From: Octopus bimaculoides
Taxonomy: Eukaryota
Length of the DNA stretch: 64,000 nucleotides
Direction: 5' to 3'
NCBI RefSeq assembly: GCF_001194135.2
Contig: NC_068983.1
Coordinates: 32,187,944-32,251,943, forward strand
Shown here: positions 13,255 to 25,706 of the stretch, one piece after another
How the letters are laid out: each line of letters opens with the position of its first letter
Numbering within the stretch: the first letter of the stretch is position 1
Notes under the pieces: generated by a model
Databases searched by the model: none
Seen by the model: only the letters and a program-made list of their open reading frames with translations
What the model was told of the DNA's origin: nothing
Translations under genes and position numbers: made by a program

Positions 13255-13420
13255 ACAAAAGAATATCAGTCAAATAGGAAAATATAAAATGCAGTGAAGT
13301 CTGAGAAGAACTGGTCTCCATAATTATATTCCTTACATTTCCAAACTTACATCCCAGTTTCAGATCAAAGTGAAATTTTGAAGAATGATCAAAAGCATAT
13401 GTAGCATTTTCAATCATTAA
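13255..13420 (-). pseudogene. Partial tandem duplicate of the LYSET lumenal-loop region in the upstream intron
   Basis: Translates YAFDHSSKFHFDLKLGCKFGNVRNIIMETSSSQTSLHFIFSYLTDILLL versus YAFDHSSKFHLDPKLGRKVGIAKNTIMETNSSETSVLHRMFSHLSDIPLL in LYSET. Confidence 0.8.
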
Positions 13421-13939
13421 AAAAAAAAAATCAGCATTGGTATTCATAGAAACAGTGAATCACCTGACAAAATGTTTTAAAACTATCTTTGTGCATGTTG
13501 TTTCCAAGTGTATGAGTAACAACTAAACAAACTCCCTTGCTGATATGCATACATAGCAGCTATTTCAATTAATAAATTACTCTTGCTTTACCAATGTTTT
13601 CTAATGCTATATCTATATATAGATATGACATTAAAATGTATCTATAGCTTTTGGCCAATACTGTATGGAAAGATGTAAAGAAATACCTTGTTACTTTACA
13701 TACAATTGGATTTGTGAAACACAGCATACTAGTAATTTATAAATCAAACTAGCTGCTGAGAATGGATGATATATGCCAACTTGTCTATCTGATTTAAGCT
13801 CTTTGTAACAGTGAGTTTATAACCAGTATCTCCATAGAGGGTGCTTAGTTATTGATGAAATCCCAATATAGGATTAAAACTGGTCTGGCTGATTCCTTTG
13901 TTTCTATCCTCAAAGACATTATATATAATCCCAAGTTTC

Positions 13940-14570
13940 TATATACAGAGACTCAGGAAATTGATTCTCTCAAATGCCCTGGTGGCTTATTAAAGGTAGT
14001 AAATACTTTCTGCTGTCTAGGGGATCAAATTAGTAGTCGGACAGGATGCACAGAGTGTGATAGCTAGAATAAGAATAGGATGGAGGAAATTCAGAGAGCT
14101 GTTAATTAAGTTGGCCATGAAAGGTTTCTCTCCTTGGGTGAAAGGAAGCTTGTATGATGCATGTATACGGACAGCAATTCTACATGATACTGAGATATGG
14201 GTCATGAATGCAGATGACATACAAAGGTTAGAAAGGACTGAGGCGAGTATGCTTTGCTAGATGTGTAATGTAAGTGTATATGAGTGCTAGTGTTCTGAGA
14301 GAGAAGTTAGGTATAAGAGGAATTTCTTGCTGTGTGCAAGAGAGGAGACTGCACTGGTTTGGTCATGCGATGCTGATGGAGGCTGACAGCTCCATAAAGA
14401 AGTGCCGATCTCTCAAAGTGAAGGGAACACATGGAAGTGGGAGATCCAGGAAGACATGGGACAAAGTACTGAAGAATGACCTCAGGAAGCTGAATCTTTC
14501 AGGCAAGATGACAAAGGACCAAGACACCTGTTGCCTAGCCGTACTCAAGATGACCTGTACCTCACAGCAG
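13940..14570 (+). mobile_element. RTE-clade LINE RT C-terminal fragment
   Basis: CLGDQISS, RIRIGWRKFRELL, LYDACIRTAILHDTEIW and RRLHWFGH motifs across broken frames. Confidence 0.8.
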
Positions 14571-17221
14571 AAGTGTTAAGATTGATCCTTCTGGTTGTGT
14601 AAAGCACCCATGGTGGTGCCAGTGCAGTGACACGTAAAATTGCCAGCACAGCATCACATAAAAACATCCATGTGGCAACATGTAAAAGTGCCCATGTGGG
14701 GCTGAGTAAAAGCATCCAGTACACTCTGTAAAGTAGTTGGTGTTAGGAAGGGCATCCAGCTGTGGAAACCATGCCAAATCAGACTGGAGTCTGGTGCAGA
14801 CCCCAGTGTACCAGCTCTGGCCACACCATCCAACCCATGCTAGCATGGACAATGGACGTTAAATGATGATAACGACAAGCTGTCTTTACATAGTGTTAAG
14901 AATCAATAGATATATTTTGTAACACAGCCCACAACTGAAATGAAAGACAATTAACAATGCACTGGTACATAAATTGTATATAAAGACAAACTGTTTCTGT
15001 CTGTTTACACATAGAGTTTTGGTTAAAAATCAATACATTTTGTACAACAGGGAACTAGTGAAATCACTATTACAACTGAATTGATCTGAAATTGATATAT
15101 TGTCAACAAATTAAAATATCAATGAGGTTTGAACATGTTGCAAGAGGGACTAGGTAAAGATGTAGATTTTACAGGAAAAACTAAAATATCAATTCAAGTA
15201 TTGTCAAAATTTATTGCAAATCATTAAAAAGATTGATTATTGATAATAAGAATTTGAATATTTCTTTTTTTCTTCCTTTTTGTAGTAATTTTCCAGAGAT
15301 AAGATATATCACCTCTAGAGCAACAATTAGAAAAGTGTCATAATATAAAATCATTGTTCTTTTGTTATCTATATCCATATATTCTTGATGTTACTGTTTA
15401 GCCTCAGGTCAGCTCTGATCAGGCAGGCCTATGATCATACATGTTCTAGTCATGATTATTTATTTTTAATGTGTATAAAGTATCATATTTTCTTTATTCA
15501 AAATGATAGGATGTGACTTGAGTGATTCAGTTGCTATTTCTAGCAAATCAGTCAACATGTATAGAAACTATAAAATTGTTTAAGGGGTCATAAACTTTAA
15601 TAAGGTAACAATATTTCAAACTACTAACCTTACTTTTAGAGAGTATATGTACAATATTTATATTTACATGCCCAGTGGAGTGCATAAGAAAGCTATATTA
15701 CCTTTAATGTAGAAATAAATGTTCAAAATTCATATTTAGCCTAGGATTATATATAGATCCAAGAATAAGACACTTGACAACAATTGGGGATCAAACTAAA
15801 TTTAACATGGTGTAAACATATCTGCCTGAAGATGAGGTAAATGGTCTGCAGAATTATAAATATATTAACAATTCATGGATGATAGATGACAGAATTTGTT
15901 GAGATGGAGAAAAAAACACCTCATGTATTTAGTTATGCCCCTTTGTATTCCGAATTCAAATTCTGACCAGGCTGACTGTGTTATTGAACAGCACCATTTT
16001 GTTGTCTGTGGCCAGAAGATGAAAGGTGGACAGAGAATTCAGAAGATGATGAAACAACTAAAGCTGAAGGTGTGGAGGATTAAAGAGGAAACAGTAAAGA
16101 AGGCTCTAAGAGAGAAGCTGAATATGGTAAAGAATGCTGTGGACCAAAGTGATAAATAAAACTTGGGGTTTTAAAAACATTTTTAGTTGAAAACAGGAAC
16201 AAGCCAGTAAATAAATGCAGTATCCTATATGCAAGAAATTCCTGGTGATCAGGGAGTACTAATGAAGTATCAGTATTCATTTAATAGGATGAAACAGATG
16301 GTTTGTGAAGGACAATATACTGAATTACCATATGAAACAAATTAGAGGATAAAAGAAATGTTTTCTTTTACTGGACAAAGAGATCCATGAAATAACTTTT
16401 GAGATTTCAATAGCTCCATGAATTTGTAGAAAAATATAACTTCCTTATTTAATCAAAGAAAAGTTCCTTGTGGAGAGTAAAAGAATCTCTCCTCCTCACC
16501 ATTTTAACATACACTTTTTCATCATGCATGGATCAAACAAAAATTGTAGAGGTGAATATTTTTATGGCTAGATGCCCTTCCTGTTGCCAACCCTCATTGA
16601 TGTTCAAGTAAGTTAATATTTCTCCATGACCAAACATGTTTTCACTGAATATTGAAAGTGAAGGACACCACTTGCATGACAATGACACTAGTTTGCAACT
16701 ATCACACACTGTCAAGATAAGGAAACAGTAACATACACACATGGGCTTCTTTGAGATTCTGTCTACCAAATTTATTTAGCCAGAGGATATAGTAAAGGAC
16801 TCTTGGCCAAGGTACCACACAATGGGACTGAACCCAGAACCATATGGTTGGGAAACAAACTTCTTACCACACAGCCATACTTGGGCATGCATATATGACA
16901 ATTATATATATAAATAAGATTTATTTAGTCTGTTGACCAACCACATTCTCATTTTACTGACTCCTACTATTTTTTCTTACCTTCCTCAACATCAATTACA
17001 GCCATCCAATACCATGAGGGAATGCTTTGCACCATAATAGCAACCAAATCATGTTCAATCATCTTTAAAAGCAAAAGGAACATTAGACAATGTAATTCTA
17101 GACACTCCTAAAAGAAATTAATCACCGCTGGAATGCCTTGGATCATAGATAAGCTTAATCAAGGCTGACCTGAATCTAAATAATTCATTTTTTTTAAAGC
17201 CCATGCCAAAACATATTTCTC

Positions 17222-17291
17222 GGCACTACAGAAGTCCAGTAGGGTTAGTTTTAGGGTTAATTTTTTGGGACCTCTGTATTTAAGTAGTACC
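17222..17291. mobile_element. 70-bp GG-terminated mini-MITE with 8-bp TSD and TTAGGG-like core
   Basis: The direct repeat TATTTCTC lies at 17214-17221 and 17292-17299. Imperfect TIRs ggcactacagaagtcc / ggacctctgta..gtagtacc; core agggttagttttagggtta. Confidence 0.7.
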
Positions 17292-19062
17292 TATTTCTCT
17301 TCACAGCACACAAAATTTCAAATTAATCATGTAAACCACTTTTTTTAAAAAATTTAACACACGGACAAAATTTTTTTAAATTTTATTTACTTAGAATGAA
17401 AAATAGAAAATTCTAGAAGTTTTACAAACTATTTCATTATTTAGTTCCTATGTTAGAATTACGGGCAAATAATATCTTCGTTAATGTAAGGGTCTGGCTG
17501 TAGAACCTGAAAGGTGCCTGGCCGAAATGTTCCTAAAATGGAACAAGCATTGCGAGGGCAGTGCTAACGTTTTATGTAATTCTTTCTTTATTCAAAAGCG
17601 ATTCCTCCCATGCAACACATCTAAACGATACTAGAAAATGTTTTGTGCAAATATTTGCCGATGCACAATTACTATTTGCTCACTCTAGTGCTTTCAATAA
17701 ATATACACAACAAAGTTGTTATCTTATTTAGTAGTACAATTCAGTCTCCAAATTCTGCCGTAATTTTGGTTTCTGGTTCCATGTTTTTTCTTTAATTTTT
17801 ATTTTTGTCTTCATCTCAAGATTTTCAATATTGTGTGCACTATCATCTACCAAACCATGGACTTTACACACCCATGTACGTGTTTATTGTGCGAAATTTT
17901 TCTTAATGCTTTTAGTATTTTTGACACAGGGTGTGTAAATTTCTGAGATATTCAGTCGGATTAGCTTTGCCTTCCGTGGCTCTAATTCAATTTAACTCGC
18001 ATAAACTAGCCATTCTTTATATATTGATTATAATTACTATTTATCATCATAATTGCTATTACGTTGCTATGCACTTATCTCGCGAAGAGAACACTAAAAG
18101 CATTGTTACACAGTAAATCATCAAAATTCATTCTCCAACGAGAAAAATAGCCACAGCATCAAGTTATTCAGTATTAAATATAACTTAATAATTATGACAA
18201 AAACATTGTACAATTATCGAAAATATTACCGTTCATCTTTCATCATCATTTTATTTATATCTTTAAAGAAAACCTGCACAAAATACAATAATTGGGAAGT
18301 GCCAGTATTTTACAGCCCAAAAAGGCTTAATATTCTAATAAGAAGCTAAATAATATTTCAGAAACCAAGAAGTAAATTAATTCAAATGAACCAACCTCGA
18401 AATTACTGCATCACGATTCCGCAATCACAAGTTTTACAGCTTTCATCTCTGACAACAATTTCACTTCCGCTTAGTAACACCCCAAACAAAGGTGATAGCA
18501 TTAGTTAAATAATTACTACAAATACTTCTTGCAAATGGTTATAAAAACCGAAAGAAGGAGGGAAAATAATAAACGAGGAAACAGGAGAATTAATTTCTCA
18601 CACCCTGTTATTTTTTCTCCTTCTCCTTTTGTCGCTCTATAATGGACACAGTTTGTAATTCAAAACAAATTTTTTTTAGACTCCTAAATGTTTCAACCGC
18701 AGTCATTTTGTCTTTAATTTGAACATAATATTCAGAACTGCGTGATTTAATGAATGGGAAAGTGAAAAGAAATACTAGAATTACAGAAAACTAGTAATGG
18801 TCTGCGTCGACATTCACAGGAAAATATTTTAAAAATCATAATTTCGTTAGTCTAACAGGTTACGGAGCGAAACAACTAATCACCTCAGCTTACGACACAT
18901 GATCCCATTATGCGCAAGTGAGATACGCTGAAAGTGGACAAGAGAAACACTGCCCTCAAAACACATGCAGGAAAGATATAAGCGGGGGTGGGGTTCTGAA
19001 AGGCCAATATTCTAGAAAGAAAGGATCAGACAATGGTTAGTAGGTGGCTGTGAAAGTAGATG

Positions 19063-19401
19063 GGCGGAATTCTGATTTAAGCGCCCCATAAATCTCTCAT
19101 AACTTTTTTATTTCTTGGAATTTTCAGAAAATCTTTGCGAATTTATGTCGATAATGTATTGATGTTTTTCAGTATCTTTCTCCCCATAAATACATTTAAT
19201 GGTCCACTGCTGGGAGTTAAGCTAAAATTCGGACTGTCCGTATTTTAAATTCCGATTTTTAAAAAAATTCGAAAAATTAAAAATTCTTTTCGTAATCATC
19301 TGAATTCATGTGTGTAGAACACAAATACGCAAACATTTTCAGAAAATTCCTAAAAATAAAAAGTTATGAAGGGGGGGGGGGGCTTAAAGCAGGAATCTGC
19401 T
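19063..19401. mobile_element. MITE with imperfect TIRs
   Basis: ggcggaattctgatttaagc...cataacttt versus aagttatgaagggg..gcttaaagcaggaatctgct. Flanks agtagatg/ggtaggtg (6/8). Related start at about 44223. Confidence 0.55.
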
Positions 19402-19559
19402 GGTAGGTGAAACAAAGGAGATGTATGGTTTGAAGATACCCTGAGTGACGGAAGATCAAGACCAGCCAATCCGAGAAGCAGTAACCATATTATCGTCACA
19501 ATAGAAAATACACAGAGAGAAGGCAGCACACTTACGGTCTAAGCTAAGATGTGTTTGTT

Positions 19560-20130
19560 AGTGATTGAATGTTACTCAATTTGTGTACGTAGCAATAACG
19601 CCATCCCATATGTCAATGCAGCACACCATCGTAGATCTCACTTGAACTTTGTAAAATGATAGCAGCTGTTGGGTGCTGAAATATTTTCTGACCTTAAAGC
19701 AAAGGGCTAGTATTTGCGAAATAGCTCATTCTATGCTAGGAATCTGCTTTCACCGGGAGATATGTTTGGTAATAATGATGTCCAGCATTAGGAGTAGCTG
19801 TGAGGATTCTAGCAGAGTAAATCACGTTTTGAGGAAGAGTGGTTTAGTAGGGCTTTCTTGATATGAGTAGTACTTGAGCTTGTCTACTGTTGAAAGAAAC
19901 AATGTTGGCATGATGTCTTTGCTTCTGGAATCAATACAGGTTTGACATATGGTGTATGTGTGTGGATGGTTGGGGAGGTATATTAGGAAAGAATGAAGAA
20001 TTATATCATCTGCATAAGAAAAGGTAGTGTTAGATGTGACAGCCTTGACATATAGAAGAGAGTAAGGGAACACCAAAATTGATTGAAAGTGGGACAGAAA
20101 GAACTCCATCAACATATATCATAATGGTAT
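19560..20130 (-). mobile_element. CR1/L2-type LINE RT fragment
   Basis: FSYADDIIL in ORF 19822-20115; a further downstream segment reads QLLSFYKVQVRSTMVCCIDIWDG. Confidence 0.7.
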
Positions 20131-21726
20131 GCTCTGATACAAAGTTATCAGTTCAAATGATGGAATAATCCATTTGTCTTTACTGCAGTAACATTTCAAG
20201 AGTAAATCTATATCTTTGCAATGAAATAAGGCTTAAAAATATAAATAGAAAATTGTGACCTTAAATTCCCAATTATTAAAAAATATGTTTATTCTAAATG
20301 AAAGCTAGTGGCCGTTACTATTTGTAGCTAAGATTTAAGAAGTAAATAATATATTTCAAAATATTTTAAGTCTGAGAATTAATAACAGAAGGAAATTGAA
20401 TTGATTAATGTTCTGATAGGAAGCCAATGGCAATTGGTGTCACTTCATAAAAAACCATCATAAGAAACCAATGGCAGTCAGTTTCAATTCATCAAGAGTT
20501 TCCACTGTGCCATAAATTTGATCTAGATAATCAAATTGTTCTATTTAAGAATAAACTACAATCTAATTTAATGTCTGTCTTATAGAGACATTAGAGATGA
20601 AAATCTGTGTAAACAGTCTTTTTATATTTGTTTAACATCATAACATCTCTGAATTGTTTAGTTCTTGTCAGCCCTGATTAAGCAAAACTATGATTGGGTG
20701 ATTCCAGCCATGACAATCCTGTCTTTTTTATTTATTAAGAATCACTTTGTTTAATGTGACCCTTTTTTAAGATGATAGAGTGTAATTTGAGGGAGATTTG
20801 GCTGCAATTTATAACAGGTTGAGCAGCCTATCAAAGTACCCTCATTGGCTCAAGTTAAAACTCCTTTGTTGGTTGAAACAGAGGCTCCATCACTGGCTCT
20901 GTTGTTAGAAGTAGGTTAACTGTGATTGTTTTAAGAAAGATGACGCTAGTTAGTTCAATTCTCATTCCAAGTTGCTGAGGGACTTATGGTTTAACCACAA
21001 GGTCTAATTTCTCAGCAAGACCCTTTGTCGTTGATCACTGCTAAAAGTAGCTATGACTTTATCAAACATACCAATATGACTTCATATACATATTTATTCT
21101 TACCCTGTGTTGTATTGGTAGTGTAGTTCATATGTTTATTCACTACTCACCCAGTATTGGCACTGTAGTTATATATCTATTCATTACCCACCTTGCTTTG
21201 GATGGGGATGTGGAAGCATGTGGCCTCGTGGTTAGAGTGTTGGGCTCACAAGCATTAGGGGACGAGTTTGATTCTTGAATTAGGTGACATGTAATGTCCT
21301 TAAGCAAGGTACTAAATTTCACATTGCTCTAGTTCAAGCTAATGAAAGTGAGTGCCAATAGCAGGTGGAGATTAACCCTGCAATGGACTAGCATCCCATT
21401 CATAGGAGAAATCTAGTACTCTCCATCACCTAAACACCTTTAAAAACTTAAGTTCCCACACCATAAGCCTGTAAGCTTGTGGCAAACTAACCCCTGTATT
21501 CATGCTGTAGTTATATATTTATTCAAAAGCCATGTTGTAGAAATTTCAAGAATTTTGTAATAAGTAAACAAAAAAAAAATTAAATCTGTGAATTTTATGT
21601 ATTTTTTTCCCTATAATTCCTTATTTTCAAATTCAGATTTCTAATACCACCTCATATTATGCGAAAATGATTATTTCCCCCTTGTAATAGCTACAACCAC
21701 CAGGGGAACCACATGTTTCATTATTC

Positions 21727-22285
21727 GGATCTTTTTTAAAACGGGGGCCACATTTTTCATTAATGTTTTACGTAGTGTTTTTGGTATCGAAAGACTTTCA
21801 AACTTCGTATACTTATCTATTTTGTGTTATAGAACAGAAAAATATTTTTGTATTCGAATTTATTTCATGTAAAAAATTGTCTTATTTCGATAATTTCAAC
21901 CAATCACTGACAAGTATTCAGTTGTTTACATTTACTCCTTTGGCTGATTAAGCGGTGTAAAGCGTATTTAATTTCCATAGCTTCGTTTTGCTTTTTTCTT
22001 TTTAAATTTGCTGTTTTACCCTAACCCTAACCCTATCACCGATAGAATTGTTTCAGAATCGTTTGTTTATGTAGTCGGCACTTAATGTATATCGGCTGAA
22101 TGGACGTCAGTGATTGGTTGAAATTACAGAAATACGACAACTTTAACATGGAATAACTTAGGGATTTCTTTTTTTTTTAAGAAGACTAAGAGAAAAAGAT
22201 GTTTTATATGACACATTCTACCAGTGTTCCAAGTTTCAAAGTGTTTCGTTAATGAAAAATGTGGCCCCCGTTTTAAAAAAGATCC
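21727..22285. mobile_element. GG-terminated MITE with 8-bp TSD and (CCCTAA)n core
   Basis: TSD CATTATTC at 21719-21726 and 22286-22293. About 37-bp perfect TIR ggatcttttttaaaacgggggccacatttttcattaa; accctaaccctaacccta at about 22018-22035. Confidence 0.85.
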
Positions 22286-23351
22286 CATTATTCTTATTGG
22301 TGTCTGATTTTCAACCTCGAACCATTATGTAAATGAGTTGTACTACCCACAATCTTAATATCTCAAACTAAAAGAAAATAAATTTTTTCTCAAATAAAAA
22401 ATTGCTTTTGATTTAAGATTTCTTTACTTACACATAGAAATTAGATACATCTTGAAAGACATGCATGCAAATGGTTTGAGAAGTTTGCTTTACAACCATG
22501 TGGTTCCAGGTTCAATCCCATTGCACAACATTTTGAGAAAGTGTCTTCTACACTAGCCTTGGGTTGACCAATGACTAATGATTGAAATTTGGTATACAGA
22601 TGCTGTGTAGAAGCTCATATAAGTGTGTATATGCATGTGTACACCTGTAATGATAAAGTTTTTAATTTGTGTACTGATACCTGTTATGGTGCAATGTCAA
22701 GATCACCAGTTTGTAATGATAATAATTTGTGTAGTTACCATTTGTAACGGGTAGGTTATGATAGATCCAAAGTATGCGAAGAAAGTTTGTGTTTGTGTCC
22801 TCTTCATTGGTTAGTAGTAATTACAGAGAGAGATAGAATGATGTTGTAAGAGAACAGAATTAGAGCTAGTGAAATTTGTACGGTTGTGGGATGTTGTCTC
22901 ACAGTTGCTGACTGTAAATTTCATTTCTCTTACTGACCATTGTCTTAGTAGCTGCATTCCTTGTGATCATGATTATAGCAGTCTGTTCCCAAACTAATTG
23001 AGTTATCATGAGCCGCCTCGCTCCATTGTCGCCAAGTGATTACTTCGTTGAGTCATCACCAACTGGTGACTGAACTAACTTTTTGCTTGGGGTTTCTTGT
23101 TTTTATAACTATCCAGAAGGATAGACATATCATTAAGAACAATAGATTTAGTTGGTGGTCTCGTTATCTCTATTCTAGCTTTTGGTGAAATAGAAGAGGT
23201 TAGAAAGGGTCAAGTGGTGAAGACATTATTTCCGCCTAGCTAAAAGCATCTGGAAAATGTAAAACTGCTGTAACAGAAAAACCATTGTTCCACCGTGGGA
23301 AAAGTTCTGTTGCAGTGTTAATTTAAATTTTGCTATGGTGGATCGAATCCA

Positions 23352-23790
23352 CTTCATGCATGCAAGATCCACTACACACCCATCTCAGTTCATGGATACA
23401 TTCTTATATGTGCACATATACACACCTGTCCCCTCCTTGATCCCCCTCATAGAACCATATTCCTACTTACCCACTCATCCCCTTGCTTGTATGTTTTTCC
23501 ACCAGTGACTCTTTTACTCCCCTCCTTTTCTTCTGATGAAAGACTAGTGCTTAAAACATCAAAACTCTTCCCCTTCCTTTTAAGCATTAAGCTAATACAA
23601 CATTTACAATATTATTTATACACACTCACAAGGTTTTAATCTACTGCAGCCGTGGGGCAACCTTTGAATAGTTTTTGAAAGTGGAAACTGAAAGAAGCCT
23701 TCTGTATATAACATCGTCACCTATACATGCTCCTACGAAGTCCATGCATGCAAGATCCACTACACACCCATCTCAGTTCATGGATACATT
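23352..23790 (+). repeat. Local direct duplication of about 55 nt
   Basis: catgcatgcaagatccactacacacccatctcagttcatggatacattcttatatgtg occurs at about 23357 and 23743. Confidence 0.85.
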
Positions 23791-24074
23791 CTTATATGTG
23801 ATCCTGGATTTTAAGAACCTTCCAGTCCAGAGAACAAGGTGTCATCATTCCACTTTTCTCCTCCTTTGTATGGCCACACCTCGAATACTGCTGCCCCTTG
23901 TGGTCTCCCCATACAAAACAAAACATCTCGAGGATTGAATCACCCCAGAGGGCACTCACTAAACGAATTGAAGGCATGACTGGTCTTGATTACTGGGATC
24001 GCCTTAAAGCCCTACTCTCTCCAGTGCTGCCGCGAGCGGTACATCATCTGTACTATGTGAAGAATATACCACCA

Positions 24075-24078
<4 letters not shown>
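23790..24078 (+). mobile_element. CR1-type LINE RT C-terminal fragment
   Basis: WSPHTKQNISRIESPQRALTKRIEGMTGLDYWDRLKAL, ending in a (TA)n tract. Confidence 0.75.
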
Positions 24079-24114
<36 letters not shown>

Positions 24115-24117
<3 letters not shown>

Positions 24118-24585
24118 TTGAATAAAGTTTAAACATGGTCTGGTTTCTACGTTTTTTATTATAGTGTTTTAACATTAGAAAAATATTTTGTAATGCTCAT
24201 AAAGTTCAATAATTAGTGCTTTCATACATAGTGCAATCATCAAATTTCAAATGTCTTTAACTGACAGTTGAGCTCTTGACAACTTAGTACCTCTTAGAAT
24301 GCGCCAACAAACTGAATTTTTAGAATACCTTTTTGACCAGTCCGCATGCACCTTAAACATCGTGGTTTGCCAGGCGTGCCGATATTCTGTGAATATCAGA
24401 ATATTGGTATGCCTGGCAAACAATGATGTTTAAGATGCATGCAGATTAGTCAAAAAGGTATTCAGTTAAACACATTTGAAATTTGATGATTACACTATGT
24501 GTGAACATGCTAATTATTGAACTTTATGAACATCACAAAATATTTTTTTAATGTTGAAATATCATAGTTTAACTTTGTTCAACTG
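24115..24585. mobile_element. Near-perfect palindromic foldback MITE
   Basis: Termini cagttgaataaagtt / aactttgttcaactg. Arms pair to a centre at gatattctgtgaatatc; the left arm has an insertion of about 60 nt; AT/TA flanks. Confidence 0.8.
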
Positions 24586-24632
24586 ATATATTATTCTATA
24601 CACATTCACACAAATTTGAAACAAAATACACG

Positions 24633-24702
<70 letters not shown>

Positions 24703-24764
24703 TAAGCCATGATAGATTGTTGACCAAACACCATTCAATTTTTTTTCTCCGTGTTTTTCTCCAT

Positions 24765-24805
24765 ATTCTTTCTGCTGAAGAGCGTAGCTCGAAACGTTAA
24801 AGACT
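24765..24805 (+). other. Penelope-type terminal repeat with hammerhead-like core
   Basis: CTGAAGA-gcgtagctc-GAAA-cg-TT with a palindromic AACGTT stem III; stems I and II are poorly formed. Confidence 0.3.
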
Positions 24806-25199
24806 TTCTGTATTCCTGAGCGTCAAACTAATACATCCTTTTGTTGTTTACACCACCTGTCCTCGTCTGTTGTTGTTTTTTTTCGTACATTCTCCCATAT
24901 ATATACATACACATGTACATATATACACAACGACCTCGAACCCACAAGAGTAAACAAGAGAGACAGAAACATGCAGAAATACTATGCAAATATTCTTTTA
25001 AAATATTTTTCATTTAATTTTTCCAAAATTCAATTCTTTTCCATACTTAAAGTTGAAAAAGTCTCAATGACCAAAACCGGTACTGAAATTTTTTTTATAA
25101 AATTATTTTAGCATTTTCTACCTTGACTTTTTTTTTCCCTATATATATATATATATACTCTTTCACTCATTTCAGCCATGCAGGTGTGGTCAAGCTGGA

Positions 25200-25570
25200 C
25201 CACTGTCTTTCTGGTTTCCTCAGTCTGAGGTGTTTCACATCACCACTCCTGTATGTGCTTTTGTCCCAGCTGGTGGTCCATTTAGTATATAAGGGAGTTT
25301 GATTTCACTGCCCTTGTCTGCATCTCATGTCGAGCTGTTGGTTCATCCACTATTGTGGAGAAGAGGACATCTAGTTTCTTTTTGAAGACATCAACTTCAA
25401 CCTTATGCAGATTTCTTAATTTTTGTGGCAGGGCATTGAAGAGCTGTGGGCCTTTGAACCCTAGACTGTTGCAGTACCTGGTTCTGAATTTAGATGGAGT
25501 GGCTGGTACCTTTGGTACAATACAACGGTGACCAGTACTGGCATTTGTATAACACTCAATGCCGAAGATA
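25200..25570 (-). mobile_element. CR1-type LINE 3' end
   Basis: [21 protein letters not shown]...NSLGFKGPQLFNALPQKLRNL...FKKKLDVLFSTIVDEPT. Confidence 0.75.
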
Positions 25571-25607
25571 GATGTATGTATGTATATATGTGTGTGTGTG
25601 TGTATAC

Positions 25608-25638
<31 letters not shown>

Positions 25639-25706
25639 TATACATATATATATGTATATACATATGTATGTATGTACGTGTATATATATATATATATATA
25701 TATATA

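Noticed and set aside
17546-17569. GAGGGCAGTGCTAACG resembles part of U4atac (and its reverse complement resembles U6atac)
   Set aside because: The k-turn 5' strand, Sm site and the rest of either snRNA are absent.
22646-23330. TG-starting LTR-like segment
   Set aside because: No clear CA end, TSD or second LTR.
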